Assembly (NCBI GenBank): GCA_964035545.1
Contig: OZ037769.1
Coordinates: 8,785,929-8,849,928, forward strand
Origin: Bugula neritina
Taxonomy: Eukaryota > Animalia > Bryozoa
Direction: 5' to 3'
Length of the DNA: 64,000 nucleotides
Shown here: positions 53,701 to 64,000 of the stretch, piece after piece
Numbering within the stretch: the stretch's first letter is position 1
How the letters are laid out: every line of letters begins with the position of its first letter
Position numbers and translations under genes: made by a program
The notes under the pieces: generated by a model
What the model was told of the DNA's origin: nothing
The model's input: the letters and a program-made list of their open reading frames with translations, nothing else
Databases searched by the model: none

Positions 53701-55769
53701 AACTACATTGCATGGTGTTCAATTAACATGTTGAAATATTATACACCAAGTTATTCGTATGAACTCAACCTGTACTTTAATAAATAGGTCAGAGTGCCCT
53801 CCATCTGGCTATTGTAAATGGAGACTTGGAGTCTGTAAAACTATTGGTTGAAAGTGGTGCTGACGTCAACCAACCTGCTACTGGTAGATTCTTTCTTCCC
53901 GAGGACCAGAAAGAGAAGAAGACAAACAATAGCAATTTTGTTGGTTAGATAATTTAACACAACATTGAATCTTTGGTTAGATAATTTAACACAACATTGA
54001 ATCTTGTTAGATAATTTAACACAACATTGAATCATTGGTTAGATAATTTAAACACAACATTGAATCATTGGTTAGATAATTTAACACAACATTGAACTGT
54101 TAGTAGAAAGCATGAAAGCATGAAATATCATTCTATTGCATACATACAAAAGTAAAGTATTTAGTTGTATTCTTTTAAAAATCACACTTCAAATTATGGA
54201 ATTATTTCTGCAAAAAAGTTTCATAGTTGTGTTTTTCTAACAAATGGCTGTATTTGTGTTATGAACATAAGATAGGCAATCGTTGCTATAGACTAAAAAG
54301 AAAGATATTTTATATTATTGATGAAATTATTCTGAGTGAAAATAAGCACTTAATATGTATTATATTGATTGTTAAGTAATAATTAAGCCATTGAAATGAT
54401 AGCTATTGTTGTAAAACAGTACTTGAAGAACCACTGCTTCTGGAAATAATGTTCTATGACTATTTAAGTAAAGGCTCCGTATAAAGCTCTTAGGGCTGAA
54501 GCTGGGATTTATTATTCAACTTGAGTTTCATTGTTGAGAAATTCAAGTAACTTTTCATCTGTCTGTAGTTTTCAAATATTGACCAAAGCTTTGACCAGTT
54601 TCTAAGTTTGTGTATTAAATGCAAGCACTGCCATCCAAATGTAGCAGCACTTTTTCACTATCACTCATGATAGCAAATATCTCGCTCATGATAAAAATTA
54701 AGCAAACCACCAGCTCACAATCATATCTCAATTGCTGAGAACAAAGTTTATTTTGGATAGTAAATATGCCTCTTGGAGGTAATGACATTAGTTTATTTGA
54801 AGCTCAAAGTAATTCAACTATCAACTGAGCAGTGTTTATACCTGGCTAGCTTTATCATGCAAACCATTTTTAATTTTTGAGTGCATCAAGTTAACAAGCA
54901 CAAGTATAACATACTGCAAGTTGTCTATGAAGTCTAGACTCATTCACACCCATTTATTTACCCTGGCTTTTTAGGTTACGCTTATTATGGGGAGTTCCCT
55001 TTGTCCTTTGCTGCCTGTTTTGGCCACGAGTCTATCTACGACTATTTGCTACGCCATGGTGCTGACCCCAACCTGCAGGACTCGTGTGGTAACACCGTCC
55101 TACATATGGTAGTTATCAACAATAAACTGGACATGTACTCATACGCTGCTAGGCATCCAGCTAAGCCAGCCAACACTTGGATAGTGAATGGGCCACCAGG
55201 CTCAAAGGATGGACTGACTCCTCTAGCACTGGCTAGTAAACTAGGTAGACAACACATCTTCAATGAAATAATGGAGCTTCACCGAATACAGTTGTGGAGA
55301 TTCAGTAACGTAGGCTGCTCACTCTATCCTCTGCACACTGTTGACTCTGTTGCCTTTGATGGCACCACAAGTAAGTCTATTTTATCTAAAAAATATATAA
55401 CACGTTTTATAATGGACTTTTTTAGATTAGTACAGAACAAATCTTCTAATTACTGGTTCAGTACTGTATAATATAGCCAATATGGCAGTTTGAAGCAAAT
55501 AGAATGCTTTACGCTAGTTCCTGCATTGATCACTATATAGTGCTAAAGCCAACTATTTATAAGACTGATATATCAATATTTCATGTGATTTTGTACAGTG
55601 ATGTCAAACTAGAGGCTCATATCTAATCTCTGTTCTTAAATAGCTACAGAATTCTTGTTTGCACCCACCACATTGTCAATCAGCTGCTGTGTAATTGCTA
55701 AAACTATAGACACACACGCACACACACGCACACGCACACGCACACGCACGCGCACGCGCACGCACACGC

Positions 55770-55802
<33 letters not shown>

Positions 55803-58800
55803 TCTATATGAACAATCTGTAACAAATTACTTTCCTAAATGGAAACCGTTACCTTGTAGACTAAAGATATAATTTTATGTTGACCATACTAATTTGCACA
55901 TATGTCGCGGCTCAAATAATTGTCATATTCTGTATTTATAAATATAAATATTATACAGTAACCTAGTAGACACAGGATTATTGTGTATTATAAATTTTAG
56001 ACTTAGCTCATTGTAGTTCCGAGTAATAACTTTTATCACCTCAATAACTATCAATAACTATTAGTATATTTTCATTATAGACCTAAATTTGCTTGAGTCA
56101 TGCCACAAATGCTACAAAACGCTGACACTTCTTTTTCTGATTAGTGCCTCGGCTGACTGCTAGCAAGGGTCAAATAGAAGCTTTCAAACCTATAAACAAC
56201 AAAAATAATCACTTTCAATTTAGACAAGAATTCAATATGTTACCATAACATATATGCTGCCAACCCAAGTGTGACCAATACAAGGTTTACATACCTGTAC
56301 ACGTGATAGTCAAATTAAGGTTAACATGCAGCATATATAAAGGCAGTTGTGAGTTACTGCCTGAAATGAGCATGCATATAGAATTAATTATAACACAATC
56401 AACACTGTAGACCATCGAAAACTCGTCACTTAACATACGGATGTTTGAAGATGGTTTTAGTATTCAATAATTTGTAATAAAACAGTTTCTGATTTCTGAG
56501 TTGATTTGTAAAAGATATATTAAAAACTGTCATGTTTTACTGAGTAGTTATTTGCTGTATGTTTGTAGACTGGAATTCTGCCCTTATGATCATAGTAAAT
56601 GGAGAGTCAGACGATCATTTGGAAATGATCCAAGGAGGTGTCATCAGACAACTGTTAGATGAGAAGTGGAAAACTTTTGTCAGGGTAAGTCCTATTTCTC
56701 TATTGCTGTTATATTGAATACCTGTAAGTTATAAAACATTGCACTTTAATTAAGAATAATAATCTTCAAAAGCCTATAGTTACATTAATTTGCCTGATGT
56801 TATAGTAACTTATACTTCAAGTTTGCTACTAAATCTTGATGCTACACACATTGGCCACTCTTGTTCAGTATTTTATTATTTTTGTCACATAATTTCAAAC
56901 TATCCAAGTTACGTTCTCAAAGATATTTTTCATTTGATACATTTTGTAAATTGAACAATAATTTTGCAAACCTTCTATACAGCTAAAATTGCATCAATGC
57001 CTGGTAATTCAGTATGCTAATCAGAAGCAACTAGATGTGCACTGTATATAACAATTCATAGGTTGCTTCGTAAGTTGTCAATATATAATAGTTAATTAGG
57101 GAACACAGACGCTGGACTCAAAACCTTAGAGTCAAAAAGCTTCACATTCGATTCCCTTTTAACCAAAAAATAGTAACCTGATTTAAATACAATTTTATTA
57201 CTTTATTATATTTTATTAAAGTAACCAGTAATACTTAATATCTTGAAGTACTTTTGGTTTCAATGAAATGAAGTCAATCAAATAAATGTGTTTGATTTTA
57301 GAAACACTTTTTCCTCCGTCTGTTCCTCCTGCTGATACATTTGGGGCTGCTGACATCAGCTGTGTGCCTCCGACCCAAGTCTATTGATCCTCCCACCTAT
57401 ACCTCTGAGGCTATCAGATATACCTGTGAGATTTGCGTTGTGTTGGCCTGTATTGGTAACTTTCTCATGCACATAGAGGAAATCAAATCTCTTGGACTGT
57501 TTTTATTTTTCGTTAACCTTGTGAGTATTTCTTTCCAAAATAAATTATATTCTACATAACTAGAATAACTCAGCTCAACACACTATAACACTATGCAGTT
57601 TAATTTATGTTAGTTATGATAATTATTTGTATATTTATTATATGACATGTGAGTGCACCATTATAAACACCAAACAGATTCACAGTGTGGCATGCCTTGT
57701 CTGAAATCCCTAGATTTAGCATAAACTGTTAATTGAAGAATTAAACTTGATTCATAGCAAAAGGTTCTGCCATAAATTTGTGACGGTCATAATTTAAGTA
57801 AATTTTATTCAATGTTAACTCTGTACACCCTCAAGTTATTCTTATATACAGGTAAACTATACTTTTACGAATTTAAAATATTTGTAATAGTCGGAAATTT
57901 AAAAACGAATGTTTGTTTAGCCTTGGAATTTTTGGCAGAGTGTTACTTACAAGAAATTTTAAGACATGCCAAAGACATTTAAGTACCAGCTAAAATACTT
58001 TAAGCGTAGGGCCACTTGACGTGCGAGAAAACTTGTTTAGCCCAAAAATGGGACGTTGTGCGCGGATTTTCATGCGACTAACATGCTGAGTGAAAAGTGC
58101 GGCAAGCTCGTGTGTGTTTGATCTAATTGGCTTATCATCATTTAGCAAGCACACTTTTTATTTTGATTCACGTTTTAGTTTTTAGCGAACTGAAAACGAA
58201 CTGAATTAAAACTGTTTCATATAGTTTACATTTCTGATTTTATAATATTTAAAGTCACTTTGCTGATGACGTAGTTTAAAAGCAAACGTCTGTAGGCGAG
58301 CAGTAAAGTTAAACTCCAAGAACATTAGCTAATAAATTTCCGCACTTGAAACACACGCATCGTGTGTGGCAGGTCACTAGCGAGATGGGTTTTCTTGCAA
58401 TTTTGACCCGTGCGAGGAATCTCGAGTCGTGTGGCCCTGTGCAAAGACAGCTTGATTTGAGTAAAATCGATGATCATTTTAGTTGTTGTATATTATAAAA
58501 AAAGTGGCTATGCATACAACAGATTTACCAACCCTACGTGTATTTCTATTCCAATTTAGAAAAATGCTCCTTCTAAAGGGATATTCTTGACTTCCTGTTT
58601 ACTTATAATCTGCTGTTTGCCGGTGCGAGTGGCGCACATTCTCACAACTAATACTCCTTCAAGCTCAGACAACCAAACTGAGTTGACTCTAACAACAACA
58701 CTAGCTACATCAGTGAGCAACGAAACTGACTTAATAAAAATAGAAGAGACCATGCTTTCAATAGCAGTGCCTTGTGCTTGGTGCATGCTTCTATTCTTTG

Positions 58801-61623
58801 CCAAGTAAGTCCTTTACTTCAGCAAAACAATCAATACATTTGGTAATTATAAGTAATAACTATAAAACATTTTCAATACGTATAAAGTAAAATAATGACA
58901 ATCCATCCATAAAAAATAACTGAACATAACGAACTTAAGCTATTTTTTTCAGTGAAATTATGTGAATATGTTAAATAACAAAATAGAACGGCAGTCAAGT
59001 CATCACAGGTTAAGTAAGTGAGAACACTGGTCTAACAAGAGGGTTGCTGCTGCTGGTTACAAAGTAATTATGTAAGAAGTAGGCTCTAGGGGCCACTACC
59101 ATGCATGTTCTATTTTCCCATTTAAAATCAGAGTAATAAAGATTAGCATAATTGGCTACAATTAATTTACAAAGCAATGATACTGATAAAGTAATGGTGA
59201 GAATACTGCAATACCGGGACATCAATATCTTCAGAGGTAGCCTATTGTATTATTTACTTTATACCATGAAGTGGTAATGTATCCCAATAACCTTCCAGTT
59301 AACCTGCCTCTGTTTAACTGACTGAAACAAGTTATGCAGCTGCCAAGCAACATTTTATTTTCTTTGTGTTTAAAAAGGAGACTGAACTTTGAGGCTATGT
59401 ATTAGTAACAATGACTGCTATTCTGGCATTCTATGGGAATAGTCTTTCAAAGAATGGCATATCCTGCGTATAAGTTAGATTGATTAATCAAATATTGCAG
59501 TATAAGAGAAAATATCATTTTCATATTTGTAGCTTATTATTACGTTATCAATACAGTTTAATTGATTTTAGGAAGTTATTGGAAACACACTAAAGCAGAA
59601 TAATATTAGTGTTGACACGTATAATATCTGCCTATACTCATACTAAACTGCTGCTCTAGCCGTAATGTAGCTAGTCCTGTCAATTTTTCAGTTACTTTTC
59701 ATAAGCAGTAACTCATTCTCATCGTCAAATTATTACTGTTTATACTTTGTAATATACCAATGTACACTCTCTATTATAGTCTATTGTTAGATACAAAGGA
59801 CAATGGACATGCTCAACTTTTATCCCATGCACCAGCCTAGTTTTAATTTAGCAGCATTGTTGGTTGATTTCTTTTCAATATAAATTTTTAAGTCTCAAGC
59901 ATTTTGCACAAAACAGTTTTCGTATCCTAGAACAAGATCGCAAAATAACTCAGTTGCAATTTTTTAATATACAAAAGATAAAAGCTTTTTAATGTCAAAA
60001 TTCTATGACTTCTATATTCTATCCCATGAGCTATTATAAAAGAAATATGCTTTCATAGTCAGCACAGATTTTTAACTTATGCATTTAATGGACTATACTA
60101 TAGTAGGTTTGTGGTTGAGGTTTTATTTGATGCAACTGTCCCAACATTGAAAGAAAAGTCTAGTCGGATAATGTGAAGCAATAGAAACACACTAAAAGCA
60201 TGTTTCATGTTTCATTCAGTTTGAAAAAAATTGGCCTAAAATAGTTTTGCACTACAAGCAGAGATCAAGTGGAAACCTTTGTTAAATCATACTTGTTTGC
60301 AGAACTTGACACGACTACGTAATATAAATATTCTAAAAATAATGTTGAAGCTGTGAATTAGTTATGCTATAAATGAAAAATCAATGCCTGGTTAGTTACG
60401 TCCAAAACCGTAACACAATTTGCCTTAATTTTTTTAAAAAATAATGCATTTTTCTACATGATGATTTATCTTTTAACATTAAACTGGTATATTAGTTAAA
60501 CTAGTATATTAGCAACTTATTCTTGGAGTTCAATATTATTTGACTTGATGGTTCTAGGGGACACAGCCTAACAGGCACTTCAGTTATGATGTTTTACAAG
60601 ATACTCATAGGTGACATTGTTCGTTTCATCATCATCTACATCGTCTTTCTCATCGGCTTTGCACAAGGTAAACATTCAGTAGCATACATAATAATATATT
60701 GTATAAATTGTATATTGAAAGTTATTTCAACAGTTTTCTAGTAGTGAATTGATTTCTGGACTTCTGTTTCCTTGCCAACACTAACCCCCTGAACACATTT
60801 TGCCATAATGTAGGCCATAGCATAAAATATCAGCCATTTTTAATGTCTTCTGGCTGAAGTCTATGACACTTCATTGGACATTTATATCCAATGAGTTGAC
60901 GAGAACATCTCCTTGTCCAATAGGAGCTCGACGCAATTCGTTGAATCAAGTGGTGCTTGATCTCGTTGCTTGATCATCGTACGGTCGGCTCTGACATTTT
61001 TTTAAAATGGCTGATATTTGACGGTACCGTTGACTTTCTGGTAAAGTGTGTCTAGGGGGTAAATATACAACGAATGACTTGACTAGTGAAAACAGGTGCT
61101 CGAAACAGTAACTCCAGGAGTTCAAGGTTTGATCTCACAGATAACTGTTCTAAAACAATATTGGAGGACAGAATTTTCATCTTTTGTGTCAAATAAACAA
61201 GCTTCGTGGTAAAGCATGCAAAGTGCTCCATATATGGCATTCTACAATATATTATTATATAAAACTGCCATTACCATGTATAATAACATATTGTATGCAT
61301 GGGCATATCATACTTTTGAAGACCGGTTCATCAATATGGGATGCTGTAGCATCAAAGAAGAAATGTTATACATGCTGTCAGCTGCTAATATCATACTTTG
61401 TCTTTAATGACACTAAAGGCTGTAGAGGTTGTGAACATAATGCTAAATCTTTAACTTAATATGGCAATCATAATTAAAGAGAAACTGGTGGTTTATGCTT
61501 GCAGTTTTCTACCTCTTATTCCAAGATGTAAAAGAGACAGCTAATTCAGTCACTATACAAACTTTTGAGACTTTTGGCCGGTCTATATTGTCTCTGGTAC
61601 ACATGACCTTCGGAGAATTTGTT
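50777..61623 (+). CDS. iav: TRPV cation channel, OSM-9/Inactive type (partial: S6 and C-terminus beyond window; start uncertain)
   Basis: Exons 50777-50983, 53082-53307, 53788-53943, 54975-55370, 56569-56684, 57302-57520, 58560-58804, 60558-60667 and 61505-61623 are phase-consistent. Ankyrin repeats ([77 protein letters not shown]). Pre-S1 [10 protein letters not shown]5 [19 protein letters not shown], pore HMTFGEF. From recall, the N-terminus and [12 protein letters not shown] resemble OSM-9/Iav more than Nanchung/OCR; orthology needs a tree. Confidence 0.9.
53941..54097 (+). repeat. ~30-33-bp minisatellite (5 copies) spanning a TRPV 5' splice site
   Basis: Unit TTG|GTTAGATAATTTAACACAACATTGAATC; GT at 53944, 53976, 54006, 54038, 54071. 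Confidence 0.95.
55710..55802. repeat. (CA)n/(CACG)n microsatellite
   Basis: Seen directly. Confidence 0.95.
58004..58442. mobile_element. Older MITE related to the 18408 element (TRPV intron)
   Basis: Ends GCGTAGGGCCAC... / ...GTGGCCCTGTGC share the AGGGCCAC terminus. Left flank TAA, right flank AAA (degenerate TSD). CpG-richer than the flanks. Confidence 0.55.
60785..61059. mobile_element. PIF/Harbinger-type MITE (275 bp), second family
   Basis: Imperfect TIR CCCCCTGAACACATTTTGCCA / TGGTAAAGTGTGTCTAGGGGG. Inner perfect IR AAATATCAGCCATTTT (60825-60840) / AAAATGGCTGATATTT (61004-61019). TAA on both sides (60782-60784, 61060-61062). Confidence 0.75.
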
Positions 61624-61630
61624 GTAAGTT

Positions 61631-64000
61631 CATGTAGCTAATAATATTATATGCTTATACATTACATGTAGCTACTAATATTATACGCTTATACATTACA
61701 TGTAGCTACTAATATTATATGCTTATACATTACATGTAGCTAATAATACTATATGCTTACACATTACATGTAGCTAATAATATTATATGCTTATACATTA
61801 CATGTAGCTACTAATACTATATGCTTATACATTACATGTAGCTACTAATATTATATGCTTATACATTACATGTAGCTACTAGTATTATATGCTTATACAT
61901 TACATGTAGCTACTAATATTATATGCTTATACATTACATGTAGCTACTAATATTATATGCTTATACATTACATGTAGCTACTAGTATTATATGCTTATAC
62001 ATTACATGTAGCTACTAATATTATATGCTCACACATTACATGTAGCTACTAATATTATATGCTTATACATTACATGTAGCTACTAATATTATATGCTTAT
62101 ACATTACATGTAGCTACTAATATTATATGCTTATACATTACATGTAGCTACTAATATTATATGCTTACACATTACATGTAGCTACTAATAATATATGCTT
62201 ATACATTACATGTAGCTACTAATATTATATGCTTATACATTACATGTAGCTACTAATACTATATGCTTATACATTACATGTAGCTACTAATATTATATGC
62301 TTATACATTACATGTAGCTAATAATATTATATGCTTATACATTACATGTAGCTAATAATATTATATGCTTATACATTACATGTAGCTACTAATATAATAT
62401 ATGCTTATACATTACATGTAGCTACTAATATTATATGCTTATACATTACATGTAGCTACTAATATTATATGCTTATACATTACATGTAGCTACTAATACT
62501 ATATGCTTATACATTACATGTAGCTACTAATATTATATGCTTATACATTACATGTAGCTACTAATATTATATGCTTATACATTACATGTAGCTACTAATA
62601 CTATATGCTTATACATTACATGTAGCTACTAATATTATATGCTTATACATTACATGTAGCTAATAATATTATATGCTTATACATTACATGTAGCTAATAA
62701 TATTATATGCTTATACATTACATGTAGCTACTAATATAATATATGCTTATACATTACATGTAGCTACTAATATTATATGCTTATACATTACATGTAGCTA
62801 CTAATATTATATGCTTATACATTACATGTAGCTACTAATACTATATGCTTATACATTACATGTAGCTACTAATATTATATGCTTATACATTACATGTAGC
62901 TACTAATACTATATGCTTATACATTACATGTAGCTACTAATATTATATGCTTATACATTACATGTAGCTACTAATATTATATGCTTATACATTACATGTA
63001 GCTACTAATATTATATGCTTATACATTACATGTAGCTACTGATATTATATGTTTATACATTACATGTAGCTACTAATATTATATGCTCACACATTACATG
63101 TAGCTACTAATATTATATGCTTATACATTACATGTAGCTACTGATATTATATGCTTATACATTACATGTAGCTAATAATATTATATGCTTATACATTACA
63201 TGTAGCTACTAATATTATATGCTTATACATTACATGTAGCTAATAATATTATATGCTTATACATTACATGTAGCTACTGATATTATATGCTTATACATTA
63301 CATGTAGCTAATAATATTATATGCTTATACATTACATGTAGCTACTAATACTATATGCTTATACATTACGTGTAGCTACTAATAATATATGCTTATACAT
63401 TACATGTAGCTACTAATATTATATGCTTATACATTACATGTAGCTACTGATATTATATGCTTATACATTACATGTAGCTACTAATATTATATGCTTATAC
63501 ATTACATGTAGCTACTAATACTATATGCTTACACATTACATGTAGCTACTAATATTATATGCTTATACATTACATGTAGCTACTAATACTATATGCTTAT
63601 ACACATTACATGTAGCTACTGATATTATATGCTTATACATTACATGTAGCTACTAATATTATATGCTTATACATTACATGTAGCTACTAATATTATATGC
63701 TTATACATTACATGTAGCTACTAATACTATATGCTTATACATTACATGTAGCTACTAATAATATATGCTTATACATTACATGTAGCTACTAATATTATAT
63801 GCTTATACATTACATGTAGCTACTAATATTATATGCTTACACATTACATGTAGCTAATAATACTATATGCTTATACATTACATGTAGCTACTAATATTAT
63901 ATGCTTATACATTACATGTAGCTACTAATATTATATGCTTATACATTACATGTAGCTACTAATATTATATGCTTATACATTACATGTAGCTACTAATACT
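61631..64000 (+). repeat. 34-bp minisatellite (~70 units, runs off window) in TRPV intron
   Basis: Unit CATGTAGCTACTAATATTATATGCTTATACATTA, starting 7 nt after the donor at 61624. Confidence 0.97.

Noticed and set aside
12620-64000. CRISPR-like appearance of the 34-48-bp periodic repeats
   Set aside because: Units are contiguous with no unique spacers, there are no cas genes, and the context is eukaryotic.

Overview
AT-rich, intron-rich animal (invertebrate-like) nuclear DNA; the taxon cannot be fixed from the sequence. I hand-spliced three protein-coding genes with phase-consistent GT-AG introns. (1) A soluble adenylyl cyclase (ADCY10/sAC-like) on the - strand, ~34 coding exons, ~1807 aa, 36899->12211. 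(2) Head-to-head with it, a 5-exon, ~1337-aa class-B/Methuselah-like GPCR with a duplicated somatomedin-B-like, Cys-rich ectodomain (38555-47051). (3) An OSM-9/Inactive-type TRPV channel (50777->61623) that continues past the window. Non-coding DNA holds a decayed Academ-type DNA transposon (TAG-ended 19-bp TIRs, AGT TSD, XPG-like and Cys-rich remnants, duplicated right end), PIF/Harbinger-type MITEs (TAA TSD), a tRNA-derived SINE-like relic and many satellites. The most striking pattern is that several intronic minisatellites are tandem amplifications of the splice junction itself. One is a frame-preserving 48-bp array of eight 3' splice sites that could insert 0-7 Cys-rich 16-aa units between the two sAC catalytic domains.
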